Notes: a model not told the origin generated them from the letters alone. 64,000 nt of DNA from Candidatus Brocadiia bacterium (GCA_050015075.1 JBEKCB010000019.1:28792-92791); one strand, 5' to 3'. Numbered from the stretch's first letter, positions 9,407 to 20,040 are shown. A program made the numbers and translations.

Positions 9407-10201
9407 TCACGCGCCCAGCACGCGGACCGGAGTGCCCGGCCCGGCGCCCAGCGCCCTGGCCGCGTCGCCCTGCCGCACCGCGATCTCCAGCATCCCGAAC
9501 GAGCCGATCATCGCCAGCAGCTCTCCGGCCGCCGCATCGGAGTAGGTGCGGCGGATGCGCTCGATTCTCTTTCCCGCGATCTCGACGCGCACCGCGGGAT
9601 CCAGGAACTGCTCGGACAGGAGCGCCAGGGGGATGTTCGTGGCGAGGTTCCCGAAGTGGTCCGCCCACAGGACCGCGCCGTCGAGCGACCCGTCGGCGTT
9701 GAAAGCGGGCCTCGGGAATTTCAGCGGTTCGAGCGCGGCGATCGCCGGGCCGAGTTCCGACAGCGGCGTTCCGCCCGCCAGGTGTGCGGCGACCGGGGCG
9801 AAGATGTCGCGGCCGTGAAAACTCGCGCTGACCTCGGGCAGGAAGAACCGCGGCTCCGTCACGGAGACGAGTTCGGCGCGGCCGCTCTCTTCTTCCACGA
9901 CGGCCAATGTCCCGTTGTCGGGCGCGAGGAAGAGATGGCCGTCGGATTCCATCGCCACGATCCGCCGTTCGCCGCCGACGCTCGGGTCCACGACGGCGAC
10001 GTGCACCGTTCCCTTCGGGAAATACGGATACGCCTGGCGCAGCCGGAACGCCGCCTGGAGGACGTCGAACGGCGGGATCGAATGTGTCAGGTCCGTCACG
10101 CGCGCGGACGGGTTGATGCCGGCGATGACTCCTTTCATCACGCCGACGAACGCGTCGTCCAGCCCGAAGTCGGTCGTCAGCGTGATGATCCCGCTTCTCG
10201 T
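9407..10201 (-). CDS. SAM-dependent chlorinase/fluorinase (DUF62) family protein; probable ACG start
   Basis: IITLTTDFG, VVDPSVG, APDNG, SFHGRDIF, DHFGN; conserved N-terminus lies upstream of the called GTG. Confidence 0.88.
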   Translation of the reverse strand, partial: TRSGIITLTTDFGLDDAFVGVMKGVIAGINPSARVTDLTHSIPPFDVLQAAFRLRQAYPYFPKGTVHVAVVDPSVGGERRIVAMESDGHLFLAPDNGTLAVVEEESGRAELVSVTEPRFFLPEVSASFHGRDIFAPVAAHLAGGTPLSELGPAIAALEPLKFPRPAFNADGSLDGAVLWADHFGNLATNIPLALLSEQFLDPAVRVEIAGKRIERIRRTYSDAAAGELLAMIGSFGMLEIAVRQGDAARALGAGPGTPVRVLGA

Positions 10202-10233
10202 GGCGCCGCTCCTTCACTCGTATGAAATCTATT

Positions 10234-11727
10234 TCATGTCTCAATCCGCTCGATCCCGTTCCGGCTCAGCACCAGCGACGCCCTGAGGAGCGTCACGTTG
10301 CGGTCGCGGAACGAAGTCAGGCGGATCACCAGGTTCACAACGTAGACGCGCGCGGCTGCGATACCGACGACGCCGTCGCCGTTGCGGCGCAGCTTCAGCA
10401 GCCGCTTCTCCGGGTCATCCATCCGCTGGAGCCACCGGCTTACCTGAAGCCGCAGAATTTCGTCAATCGCGACCGAGCGCTCGTGGCTCCGGTAGATGCG
10501 CTGCGTCATGATGCGCACCTTCTTCGCGTAATGGAGAACGACCTCCGTCGGCTCGGCGACCGCCTGCTCAAGCGGGTCGCGGTATTGCCGCGCCTTGAGG
10601 ACGTCCTCCGGCAACCGGGCGCGGTCGAGCCAGTACAGGTTCTCGCGCGTGCGGCCGACTTCCATTCCGTACTGCGGGTCCGTCAATTTGATGCTGCGGT
10701 CGCTCGTCCACATCGGCAGCAGGCGCGCGCTGAAATCCCGGAGGAAGTCCTTGATGCGATCCTTGAACGCATACGCGCCGATCGCCACGAGCGCGAAGAT
10801 CAGACTGTTCGTCGGGTAGAACCGGCCGACCAGCCACGCGGCGACGACGGTGAACGCCATAGCGATGGCCGCCGCGATCGCGTAGAGCGCCTGCCGCGCG
10901 CGGCCGACGGTGGGCAGTTTCTCCTCGGACAGGTAGAGCACGCTGGCGCACAACTTCTTCAGCAGCTCGACGCGGTTGAGGAAGCGCTCGTTCCGCCGCG
11001 CGTCGCGCGAGACAACCGTCGGATAGCCGCGCGCGCGCCGATGGGCGGTCTCGCCCGAGACCGTCACTGAGAGCCGCTGCCACACCGCCTGCACGTCCAG
11101 GTCGGCCGCCTGTTTCCGGAGAAACTTCATGAGCCGCAGAAGCAGTTTCTCCGCCTCGTTGCTCATCTGCTCATCCACCGCCTCATAGAGGTTGCGCATC
11201 TCCGGCGGCGCGGACGGGCTCTCGAAAGCGCCACGCAGGTCCCGGAACCGGCGCAGCGTCGTCGTCAGTCCTTCGAGCAGATGGTCAATGGCAGCCTCGA
11301 CCGTGCGCCGGCGGTCGGGCGACGCACGTTCGCGCACGCGCTGCCGGATTGCCGCGGCGCTTTCCCGGACCTGGACCCTGACGACGTTCGCGAGCACCCG
11401 CAGCTCATACCGCAGGTGCATCGGGTCCCACTGTCCGGATTGTCGGGAGGATTCGAGCTGGCGCTGCACGCGTGTCAGCGGGCTCAGCGCGTTCTGCGCG
11501 TCGTTGATCTCCTCGAAGGAAAGCTCCGGCGTTTTGAAACGCGTGTAGGAGCTTAAGTCTTCGAAGAACGCGTCCAGCGAGCAGGTGTCGGCATTCACGC
11601 CGAGCTGATACGGGAGGAAAATGAACATGTCCAGCGCATACCGGTCCGCGACCGCCTGGCGCTGGAGCGGATAGGCTACCTTCACCTCGAACTGATGGTC
11701 GTCATGCTTGCGGATCAGGCATTCCAA
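10234..11727 (-). CDS. Hypothetical membrane protein
   Basis: 497-aa ORF in operon orientation with two adjacent hydrophobic helices. Confidence 0.75.
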   Translation of the reverse strand: MECLIRKHDDHQFEVKVAYPLQRQAVADRYALDMFIFLPYQLGVNADTCSLDAFFEDLSSYTRFKTPELSFEEINDAQNALSPLTRVQRQLESSRQSGQWDPMHLRYELRVLANVVRVQVRESAAAIRQRVRERASPDRRRTVEAAIDHLLEGLTTTLRRFRDLRGAFESPSAPPEMRNLYEAVDEQMSNEAEKLLLRLMKFLRKQAADLDVQAVWQRLSVTVSGETAHRRARGYPTVVSRDARRNERFLNRVELLKKLCASVLYLSEEKLPTVGRARQALYAIAAAIAMAFTVVAAWLVGRFYPTNSLIFALVAIGAYAFKDRIKDFLRDFSARLLPMWTSDRSIKLTDPQYGMEVGRTRENLYWLDRARLPEDVLKARQYRDPLEQAVAEPTEVVLHYAKKVRIMTQRIYRSHERSVAIDEILRLQVSRWLQRMDDPEKRLLKLRRNGDGVVGIAAARVYVVNLVIRLTSFRDRNVTLLRASLVLSRNGIERIET

Positions 11728-11778
11728 CGTCAGTCTCCGAGGTCAGGCCCGCTTTCAGGTCCGGTTTCGCGACGGACG

Positions 11779-13359
11779 CTACGGCAGCTTGCTCAGGACG
11801 TAAGGCGTCACGGCGGCGTAGAAATCCGCCAGGACGCGCGGGCCGCGGTCAGGCTCATTCAGGTCGGCGTCGGTCTCGGCGCGAATCAGCACGTCGGCGG
11901 CCCAGGGATCCTTGACCCTGCGTAACGCGACGCCGATCTGATGCCCCCAGTAACTCGTGCTGAGATGATCGCCGCTCTTGTAGAAATGCCAGGAGAGCCG
12001 CTGGCCCTGGCTGCGGGAAAGCTGGAGTTCGCGGACGGACACCGGCCGCAACCCGACGTTCACGTCGCGGTCGGTGGCGCCGACGATGGTGTAACCTTCG
12101 CCGGAGAGGCATTGCTCTGGCGGATGCGTCCGCGACGGCGTTTGCTGCGCCAGGACGATGAGGAAGGACACCTGGTCGCCCTTGGAGTTGACGTAGGAGC
12201 GGGCCAGGACGTTCCGCGTACCGAGGATTTCGTAGGAGCGTTTGTCGAGCGGCTGGTCCGAGCCGGTCCAGTCTCCGACGGACCTCGGGATGCCGTTGAG
12301 GATGTCCGAAGCCGGGGTCACATGGCGCTGCCAGCCGACATAGATGGAAAGTGCGGCGACGACGGCCATGGCGCACAGGACTCCGGCGCCGAGGCTCCGC
12401 GCGTTATACGGCGGCTGCGGCGCGCGCGGCGGTGCGGCGGGCGGTTTTTCAGATTCAGCCGCCGAGGCGTCTTCTTCTTTTCGAGGCCGAAGCGAAGGCG
12501 GCTTCGTCAGCATGAGTGACTCGACCGCGAAGAGGCAGATGAACGCGACGACGAAGAGGACGAAGCCGAACAGGTCGTGGAAGTACCATTTCTCGACCTC
12601 GACGACTCCCCACTGATAGCCGACGATCACCATCAGCGTCACGCGCCCGACGTTGGCGAGGAACGAGATCGGGATGGAGAGCAGAAACAGGACCCACTTC
12701 TGCCAGGTCCTGGCCGACGAGAGGTGTGCGTAGAGGGCGGCGAACGCCATGAGCGCGATCAGGTATTTCAAGCCGCTGCACACGTCGTCCACCACCAGCG
12801 TTCCGTGCGGAATCCGGATAAAGCTGCCTTCGCGCACCGCCACGAGGCCGAAAAGGTCCGCGACGCCCGTGGCCACGCCGGCCGAGAGGAGCTTCATCCG
12901 GAAGCTGATCGTGTCAATGACCAACTCGGGTATCGGCACCATGAAGGCGAGGAATGCGATGGGGAAGAGCGTCAGCCGCAGGAACTGCGGTCCCAGCAGC
13001 GTCAGGACCAGCCCCGCGATGACGCCGAGCAACGCCAGGCCCGACAGAAACCCGACCTGCAGCAGCGTGGCCACGAGTTGCGTCAGGAGCGCGGGCACGA
13101 GCAGGAACAGCCCGGGCAGGTATGCGCATCTCGGACAGGCGGCCAGGGCTTCGCGCTTTCGCCAGAGAAGAAAGCCGATGACGAACGGCACGAGCCAACC
13201 GTGGCTGTAGTATCCCCCTTCGTGATTGAAGCGGAGGATCATCCAGTGGCCGGTCCACCAGAACATGGCGGCCAGGAGGGCCAGCAGAATGACGCCGGCG
13301 ATGACCGGGACGTTCGTGCGCGGCGCGGCCAGGTCGTTCTCGTTTGCGGGGTGATTCAA
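11779..13359 (-). CDS. Exosortase fused to an EpsI-type domain
   Basis: YYSHGWLVP, DVCSGL (catalytic C), ANVGR (R), FHD (H); C-terminal HPPEQCL.GEG; GGAGGA RBS before TTG at 13359. Confidence 0.9.
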   Translation of the reverse strand: MNHPANENDLAAPRTNVPVIAGVILLALLAAMFWWTGHWMILRFNHEGGYYSHGWLVPFVIGFLLWRKREALAACPRCAYLPGLFLLVPALLTQLVATLLQVGFLSGLALLGVIAGLVLTLLGPQFLRLTLFPIAFLAFMVPIPELVIDTISFRMKLLSAGVATGVADLFGLVAVREGSFIRIPHGTLVVDDVCSGLKYLIALMAFAALYAHLSSARTWQKWVLFLLSIPISFLANVGRVTLMVIVGYQWGVVEVEKWYFHDLFGFVLFVVAFICLFAVESLMLTKPPSLRPRKEEDASAAESEKPPAAPPRAPQPPYNARSLGAGVLCAMAVVAALSIYVGWQRHVTPASDILNGIPRSVGDWTGSDQPLDKRSYEILGTRNVLARSYVNSKGDQVSFLIVLAQQTPSRTHPPEQCLSGEGYTIVGATDRDVNVGLRPVSVRELQLSRSQGQRLSWHFYKSGDHLSTSYWGHQIGVALRRVKDPWAADVLIRAETDADLNEPDRGPRVLADFYAAVTPYVLSKLP

Positions 13360-13381
13360 CCGAAATCCTCCCGAATGGCTA

Positions 13382-14545
13382 TCATCGCGCACAGGGCGGC
13401 GGGCCGATTTCCAAGTCGCGGTATTCGCCCGGGTGTCCGGCCAGGCCGCGTTCGGCCGCGCGAATCGCGTTGTACATCTCCCGCGCCGTCACGTAATGGA
13501 GCCGATAGCGGTGGCCGTCATTGTAATGCTCGCACAAGCGGGTATGCAAATCCGCCATCGGTCCGCCGAAGAAAAACTCCAGGTTCCGTTCGATGCAGCC
13601 ATGCGTGTAGAGCTTGACGAAGAGCCAGTCGGGCCGGCCGGCGACGCAGACGCGCGCGCGAAGCCATGCGCCGATGCGCTCCGCCGGGACGGGCGCGCGG
13701 TTATCCAAGTTCCCGTTTTCCACCCGCGGCAAAACCCCGCCGGAGCGGCGCAGGACGGCCAGCGGCCCCTGGACGATCAGGAGGTCGCCGGAGGGCGAGC
13801 CGCCGGAGCGGACCTCGACGCCGTCGTCGTGCGAGCGCGGGCGGTCGGGGTCGTCCTTCGCATAGTAGATGGAGTTGATGCGCCGGATCTGCGCCGGCGA
13901 GGGGGCCGAAGGCAGCGTGAAGTCGGCGTAGCAGCCGCACTCGGCCAGCACGCGCAGTTCGTCGTTCACCCCGCACCAGCTTCCGTCGGGCAGGGAGTTA
14001 TCGAGCGCCCAGTTGCCGTGCACAAAGCCGAACCTCGGCCGGCCGTCCTGCGCGGCGCCGAGATGGCCGTGGCTGCGGAGCTGTTCGACGAACTTGAGGA
14101 GCGCACCGCGCAGCCCGGCGGAGGTGTCCCGGTCGTGATGCAGATGCACCTCAACCTCGCCGTGCCCGGCGCGGACGAGTTCGCCGAGGCGCTCGACGTG
14201 CGCGGCGTCGTACTGCTCCGCCGGATAGAAGAACGTGTGGCGCGGCGAGCGGCCGTCGGCGTCCTTGAAGCGCGAGAAGGTTTTCGGATACCGCTCCACC
14301 CACTGAGCGACGCGCGCGCGCTCCGTCGCGGCGCCCGGGTTGCCCACGGCCGGCTCATAATGGTCGGCGATGCAGAAGAGAATGTGCGTCGGCCCCGCCG
14401 CGGACGACGAACGCGCCTCGCGCTTGCCCGCCCAGTTGCCCCGCAAATATCCCGGCAGCCAGATGAAGACGTTCGCCTTGCGGCACTTGTAAAGAATCCA
14501 CAGGCCGAAAGCTGCGACGGGGATGACCGCCAGGAAAGGCATCAT
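13382..14545 (-). CDS. Conserved hypothetical protein, deacetylase-like metal motifs
   Basis: CIADHYEP, EVHLHH, FVHGNWALDN, KLYTHG; start overlaps GT2 stop. Confidence 0.7.
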   Translation of the reverse strand: MMPFLAVIPVAAFGLWILYKCRKANVFIWLPGYLRGNWAGKREARSSSAAGPTHILFCIADHYEPAVGNPGAATERARVAQWVERYPKTFSRFKDADGRSPRHTFFYPAEQYDAAHVERLGELVRAGHGEVEVHLHHDRDTSAGLRGALLKFVEQLRSHGHLGAAQDGRPRFGFVHGNWALDNSLPDGSWCGVNDELRVLAECGCYADFTLPSAPSPAQIRRINSIYYAKDDPDRPRSHDDGVEVRSGGSPSGDLLIVQGPLAVLRRSGGVLPRVENGNLDNRAPVPAERIGAWLRARVCVAGRPDWLFVKLYTHGCIERNLEFFFGGPMADLHTRLCEHYNDGHRYRLHYVTAREMYNAIRAAERGLAGHPGEYRDLEIGPPPCAR

Positions 14546-15747
14546 GGTCTTTGCGCGCTCCCGGCGACCTCGCGGGAGGTGCGTTCCCACGCGGCGCGCT
14601 GCCGGCCGAGCATGCCGCGCGCCAGGCCGAGCGCCAGGGCGAGGTTGATGGCGACGAAGTAGTGCGCGAGCCGCAACGGTCCGGCCGGGAGACGCATCCG
14701 GCGCAGGGCGTAACCGGCGGCCGCCGCGGCGTAAAAGGCCAATTGGAGCCCGAAGATCACCCGCCAGAACGGCGATCGGAGCAGGCACGCGTTCGCCGCA
14801 AATCCGGCGACCAGCATGAACGGAGCGAACCAGCGCAGGACCTTGTGCGACCAGAACGCGAGCGAGACGAATCCCTTCCACGGCAGCAGCAGGTCGCGGC
14901 AGTACCAGAGCGCCTGCCAGTTGCCCGCTCCGATGCGCACGCGGCGCCGGAACTCATCCTCGACGCCGGCCGGGGCAGTCTCCAGTGCCACCGCTTCCGG
15001 ATCGTAAAGGACGCGGAAGCCGCGCGAGCGGACTTTCATCGGGATGATGAAGTCCTCGGTGATCAGCCGAGCCGTCATCGCCGGAAAAAGCTCGCGGCGC
15101 ATCGCGTAGATCGCGCCGTTCGCCCCGAGCACGGAATCGAGCCGGCTTTCGAGGATCTTCAGGACCAGTTCGTATCGCCAGTACGCGCCCTCGTCGGCGG
15201 AGGCGCCGTCCGGATGGACCAGGCGCAGCTCGCCGCAGACGGCGCCGACTTTCGGGTTGTCGAAGTGCCGCACGAGGCTGCGGACGGACTCGGGCTCCAG
15301 CAGCGTGTTCGCGTCGGAGAAGACGAGGATGTCGCCGCGCGCCTGCGCGACGCAGTCGCGGACGACCGCGAGCTTGCCGCGGCGCTCGTCGAAGCGCAGC
15401 AACCGGACGCCCTGGCCCTCGAACCGGCGGACGATCGCATCGGTGCCGTCGCTGGAGCCGTCGGAGCCGACGAGGATCTCGAGGCTCTCTCGCGGATAGT
15501 CCACCGCGAGGCAGTTCTGCAGCGTGCGCTCGATCACTTTCTCTTCGTTGTAGGCGGCGAGGAGGAGGCTGACGCGCGGCAACCGCTCGCTGCGGCGCCG
15601 GCGTTCGGAGCGGGAGACGAGGTAAAACGCGTCGCGCCCCATCTGGACGACGGAGGCGAGCAGAAAGAGCAGGAGCGGATAGCCGAGGTAGGAATAGAGC
15701 GGCAGGCCGATCCCGAGAATCGCGATCCCCAGGGCCGCGTCACTCAT
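14542..15747 (-). CDS. Glycosyltransferase family 2
   Basis: AYNEE, SDGSSDGT, FSDAN, TEDF, RRVR motifs; membrane helices. Confidence 0.9.
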   Translation of the reverse strand: MSDAALGIAILGIGLPLYSYLGYPLLLFLLASVVQMGRDAFYLVSRSERRRRSERLPRVSLLLAAYNEEKVIERTLQNCLAVDYPRESLEILVGSDGSSDGTDAIVRRFEGQGVRLLRFDERRGKLAVVRDCVAQARGDILVFSDANTLLEPESVRSLVRHFDNPKVGAVCGELRLVHPDGASADEGAYWRYELVLKILESRLDSVLGANGAIYAMRRELFPAMTARLITEDFIIPMKVRSRGFRVLYDPEAVALETAPAGVEDEFRRRVRIGAGNWQALWYCRDLLLPWKGFVSLAFWSHKVLRWFAPFMLVAGFAANACLLRSPFWRVIFGLQLAFYAAAAAGYALRRMRLPAGPLRLAHYFVAINLALALGLARGMLGRQRAAWERTSREVAGSAQRP

Positions 15748-16703
15748 TACTCGGTCTCGCTGCGGTTCACCTGCTTTACGGCGACGGTCTTCGCCTGCGG
15801 CACGACGGCATCCTTGGCGCGCGGCTCGCGACCGTACCGGTAGTAGTGCGCCGGCGTGGTGCCGAGGAACCGGTAGATGGCGTCCGGGACGTGGTGTTTC
15901 TGATGCGTCAGCACGCATCCGATCAACTTCGCGCCGGCGTCGGTCAGGTCGTCGGCGGTGCGTTTGACGACCTCGCGCCGGGTCTTCTCCAGGCGCGCGA
16001 CGAGGATAACGCCATCGCTGTGCTTCGCGAAGGTGGCGGCCGGGCTGCCCGCCAGGACCGGCGGCGTGTCAATGATCACGTAGGCGTAATGCTTCCGCAG
16101 GAGCGCCAGCAACTGCGCGCAGCGTTGGTGCAACGGACCTTCGAAGCCCGCGTCCGGGCCGATTCCGAACGAAGGCAGAATGTCCACGTTGGGGATGGCC
16201 GTCTCGTAAATGTGGCCGTCGAGCTTGAGTCCATCCTGGAGGACGGCGCGCAGGCCGGCCTGGACGCGGACGTTCATCGTCAGATGGAGAGAGGGCTGGA
16301 CGATGTCGCCGTCCACAATGATGATGCGCCCGGACTCCACTTCGCCGAGGGCTGCGGCCAGGTTCGCGCAGACGGTGGTCTTGCCTTCTTCCCGGCCGGC
16401 GGAGGTGACCGTGATGACGCGGGGCGACGCGCCGTTGTTGAGCGCGACGATGTTCGCGCGCAGACTGCGCATCTGCGAGGCGAACTGCCCGACGCGGTCA
16501 TGGAACAGCAGGACCGACGCCGTCGGCGGCCCCCAATGGTCTTTGACCCGCTGGAACGCGGCGGCGCGGGCGGCTTGGGCCGCAGGCGCCTCGGTGCCCG
16601 ACGCACGCGTCGGCGCCGGAACCGGCGCGGCGGCGGAAGGGACCGGGCTGACCGCGCCCGCCGACTTGGCCATCGCGCGCGAGAATTTGCCTTCTTCAGT
16701 CAT
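15747..16703 (-). CDS. CpsD/CapB-family tyrosine-protein kinase
   Basis: Walker A EGKTT, IIVDGD, IIDTPP, C-terminal Tyr cluster HYYRYG. Confidence 0.88.
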   Translation of the reverse strand: MTEEGKFSRAMAKSAGAVSPVPSAAAPVPAPTRASGTEAPAAQAARAAAFQRVKDHWGPPTASVLLFHDRVGQFASQMRSLRANIVALNNGASPRVITVTSAGREEGKTTVCANLAAALGEVESGRIIIVDGDIVQPSLHLTMNVRVQAGLRAVLQDGLKLDGHIYETAIPNVDILPSFGIGPDAGFEGPLHQRCAQLLALLRKHYAYVIIDTPPVLAGSPAATFAKHSDGVILVARLEKTRREVVKRTADDLTDAGAKLIGCVLTHQKHHVPDAIYRFLGTTPAHYYRYGREPRAKDAVVPQAKTVAVKQVNRSETE

Positions 16704-16741
16704 GCGGCAAAGACCTCCTGTTCGAGGTTGCGGAATCGGTT

Positions 16742-18328
16742 CTAATGCAGCAACTGCTTCGCGTAGACTAACACTGCGCCCAGTTTGCCCGGCACAAATC
16801 CCTCGACCAGCGTTGCGGTCAGCACGGCCGTCAGGAGCATCGCGGCGGCGATATAGAGTATCAGCCGCCTGCGCGCCTTCGCGGGATCGTGCAGCGCGGG
16901 CGCCGAGATTTCCGTCAGGGTCGCGAGCACGGGCACGCCCAGCGACTCGGCGGCGTCATCCGGTCCGCGCAGAGAATGATCCACGAATTCGAGGAGAAAC
17001 GTCAGGACGAAGCCCGCGGCCGCGGCGCCGCCGACGCAGGCGATGGCGAGCGGCAAACGGTAGCCGTGGTAGGGCTCCGCCGGCTCGAGCGCGCGGGCGA
17101 TGATCTCCACCTGCGTGCCGTTCGGCTCGCTCTGCACTCGGCTGCGGTTCTGGAGCGCGAGCAGGCTCTTGTGATATTCCTCGTAGGCTTGTTTGGCTTC
17201 GTCGTGCTGGCGCTGAATGTCGGCGTACTGCTTCTCCTCGTCCACCACCTTACGGATTGAGGCCTCGTTCGCCATGATCTGCGCATGGGTCTCGCGAAGC
17301 GAGGCCTCATCGGCCTTGACTTCCTGTTCCGCCGTACTCCGGGACTGGATGAGCGTCTGATACAGCGGATTGATGGTCTCGTGGATGCTGCCGGGCACCC
17401 GTTCGGGGGCGTCTTTCAGTTGGGCCTCAAGCGTGGCGATCTCTTCCCGGAGGGCCTTGACCAGAGGGTGGTCCTCGGTGTAGTTGACCAGCATCTCGGT
17501 GAGCCGTTTCTGGCGCGCCATGAGCTGGTTGTTCAGGTCTTCCCGCGCGGGATTTTCCATGGTCTGGACGTCGCTCTTGACCGTTTTCTCCGCTTCCTTG
17601 ATCTGCCGGTCTATTTCGGTGAGGCGGTTTTGAGCGGCGCTCAGCAGAAGCAGATGTTCGCTCTCGGTGGTGCGCAGCGTCTGAAGACTGGCCAGGATGC
17701 CGCGTTTGACCTCGGGCAGTTCGGTCCAATGCTCGCGAGTGTATTTATCGAGTTCGATATTCATCTTCCGGATGATGCCGAGATTGTCGTCGCACTGCGC
17801 CTTGAAGTAATCAATGGCTTGCAGGGTGTCATCGCGGGAGTTCCGCTGGCTTTCCTCAACGTAGTTGTCGGCAATCGCGTTGGCGATCTTTTGCGAGGAG
17901 GATGCATCTTTGTCCATCACGGCGATTTCGATCAGGTCCACGCCGCGCCCTTGCGCGGCCGTTTTGATCGTGATGGAAGTCTTGAGTTTCTCGTATTCCT
18001 CCTGCCAGTCGGCGGAGGTCTTGAGGTCCACGTCCAGCTTCAACTGTTTGATCACCCGGTCGAGGTTGGTCCAGGTGAGGATCTCGGCCCGCATGGTCTC
18101 GACGGGGACAGGACCGTTGTCGCGGATCATCATGCTCCCCGCGGCGGCGTTGGTGAGGGCCAGGTCTTTTCTTTTCACGAGCGCGGTGGCGCGGTACTTT
18201 TCGGGGACGACCTTCCAAACCGGGAGGATCAGGAAAAGGCTGCAGACGATCGGCACCACGATCGCATACTTCCGGCGGAAGAGCAGCCGCAGGTAATCGC
18301 GGACGGTACCGGGCACTGGAGTGTTCAC
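16742..18328 (-). CDS. Polysaccharide chain-length determinant (Wzz/GumC-like)
   Basis: N- and C-terminal TM helices, coiled coils, YTEDHPLV, LGVPVLA. Confidence 0.88.
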   Translation of the reverse strand: MNTPVPGTVRDYLRLLFRRKYAIVVPIVCSLFLILPVWKVVPEKYRATALVKRKDLALTNAAAGSMMIRDNGPVPVETMRAEILTWTNLDRVIKQLKLDVDLKTSADWQEEYEKLKTSITIKTAAQGRGVDLIEIAVMDKDASSSQKIANAIADNYVEESQRNSRDDTLQAIDYFKAQCDDNLGIIRKMNIELDKYTREHWTELPEVKRGILASLQTLRTTESEHLLLLSAAQNRLTEIDRQIKEAEKTVKSDVQTMENPAREDLNNQLMARQKRLTEMLVNYTEDHPLVKALREEIATLEAQLKDAPERVPGSIHETINPLYQTLIQSRSTAEQEVKADEASLRETHAQIMANEASIRKVVDEEKQYADIQRQHDEAKQAYEEYHKSLLALQNRSRVQSEPNGTQVEIIARALEPAEPYHGYRLPLAIACVGGAAAAGFVLTFLLEFVDHSLRGPDDAAESLGVPVLATLTEISAPALHDPAKARRRLILYIAAAMLLTAVLTATLVEGFVPGKLGAVLVYAKQLLH

Positions 18329-18353
18329 GTCTTTCACCTCCGGAAAACGGTTT

Positions 18354-19208
18354 TCAATGGACGCGCTCGCCGGCGCTGCGCATCTGGGCCGGCGCGTCCA
18401 TATAATACCCTTCGATCTCGGACAGGACGCGCTTTACGGTATCGAGCCGCACGACTGTGTCGTCACCGATGTAAGCCTGCAGGAGCGCCTGATCGCAGAT
18501 GACGTTGACCATGCGCGGGATTCCGCCGGCGGCCTTGAAGATTTCCTCCTGGGCGTCCATCTCGAACAGCGCGCCGTTCGAGTGGCCGGCCACGGCCAGG
18601 CGGTGCGCGATGTACGCGCCCATGTCCGCCGCGGAGAGCGCCCCGAGGTGAAACTTGACGGTGATGCGCTGGTTCAACTGCCGCAGCTCCGGCGTGGCGA
18701 TCAATCGCCGCAGTTCCGGCTGGCCGATCAGGACGATCTGGAGCAGCTTCACGGAGCTGGTTTCCAGGTTCCCCAGCAGCCGCACTTCTTCGAGCACGTT
18801 CCTGGACAGATTCTGGGCCTCGTCCACGATCAGGACCGTGTTGCGCCCTTCCTCGTAGTGCTGCTCCAGGAAGCCCTTGATCGCATGAATCAGCTCGATC
18901 TTCGACCGCTTCGCCCCCTGGATGTGGAATTCCTCACAGGTCGCCTGAAAGAACTGCTTGGGCGACAGGGAGCTATGGACGATCACGGCCTTATCCACCC
19001 GGTCGCCGAGTTTCTCCAGCGCCGCGCGGCAGAGCATGCTCTTGCCGGCGCCGACCTCGCCGGTGATCAGGGCGAAGCCTTTGCGCTGCTCGACCGCGTA
19101 GATCAGGCAGGCCAGCGCTTCGCGGTGCTTCGCGCTCGGATAATAAAAGCGCGGATCCGGCGTCGTGCTGAACGGAAACATCGTCAGCCCAAAATGCTCT
19201 AAGTACAC
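18354..19208 (-). CDS. ExeA/GspA-family AAA ATPase (exosortase-system associated)
   Basis: YLEHFGL..FPF, TGEVGAGKS, IVDEAQNL, LIGQPEL, GGIPRMVN. Confidence 0.9.
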   Translation of the reverse strand: MYLEHFGLTMFPFSTTPDPRFYYPSAKHREALACLIYAVEQRKGFALITGEVGAGKSMLCRAALEKLGDRVDKAVIVHSSLSPKQFFQATCEEFHIQGAKRSKIELIHAIKGFLEQHYEEGRNTVLIVDEAQNLSRNVLEEVRLLGNLETSSVKLLQIVLIGQPELRRLIATPELRQLNQRITVKFHLGALSAADMGAYIAHRLAVAGHSNGALFEMDAQEEIFKAAGGIPRMVNVICDQALLQAYIGDDTVVRLDTVKRVLSEIEGYYMDAPAQMRSAGERVH

Positions 19209-19245
19209 AGCTTCGTCGGCTCCAATGAACCCAGGCGCCCTGCTG

Positions 19246-20040
19246 CTAGTAACCGTTAGTTGTACCGGTGGCCGAGCCGGGATATCCGGTGAAGTTGGTC
19301 CCGACGGACCGTGCCGCACCGACGGTGCCGGCCGTGTTCAGGATATTCTGGAACGGGAAGAGCAGATCGCCGATCTGGTACCCGATCCAGGCGAGCCACG
19401 TCGGCGGCACGCGGATGATGTCGTTCTCGGCGAGCGACACGTCCTCACGCACGTCGCCTTCCAGCATAATCTTGCGGAAGTTGACCGAGGTGATTTCCGG
19501 GTTGTCCGGATCGCCGCGGATGACTTTGCAGCGCCAATACGCGGCGCGCTGCGTCACACCGCCCACCTCGCCGATCAGTTCGGAGAACGTCTCGTGCCCT
19601 CGGTACGGCACCCAGCCTTGCCGGCCCGACTCGCCATAGATGAAGACGTGCTTGCTGTTGTAGCCCGTGACGGTGACGAGGACCTTCGGCTCCTTGTAGT
19701 ATTTCGAGTAGAGGTCCTCGAGCTTCTCGCGGATTTGAATCGTGGTCAGCCCGGCCACCTGGACGTCCTCGAGGTACGGCAGCGTCACGATGCCGTCCTG
19801 CCGCAGTTGCTCCATCCTCGGCTCCTCAGGCGGCGGCACGGGGCTCATGAACTCGATCTTGATCTCGTCGGGCGGTTCCACAATATAGGTGGCGTCGGGC
19901 GGCTTTTTCCTGAGCGCGTCCCACGACACGACCCGCTGCGAGATTTCCATGGCTTCTTTGCCGCTGCATCCTGTCAGCAGGCAAAACGAGATAACGCCGA
20001 GCAGCGACGCCAGAAAAGTCCGGCTGGACAGGCTGGACAT
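19246..20040 (-). CDS. Polysaccharide export lipoprotein (Wza/SLBB family)
   Basis: LLTGC lipobox, YIVEPPD, DGIVTLPYL..VQVAGLT, LAENDIIRVP. Confidence 0.88.
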   Translation of the reverse strand: MSSLSSRTFLASLLGVISFCLLTGCSGKEAMEISQRVVSWDALRKKPPDATYIVEPPDEIKIEFMSPVPPPEEPRMEQLRQDGIVTLPYLEDVQVAGLTTIQIREKLEDLYSKYYKEPKVLVTVTGYNSKHVFIYGESGRQGWVPYRGHETFSELIGEVGGVTQRAAYWRCKVIRGDPDNPEITSVNFRKIMLEGDVREDVSLAENDIIRVPPTWLAWIGYQIGDLLFPFQNILNTAGTVGAARSVGTNFTGYPGSATGTTNGY

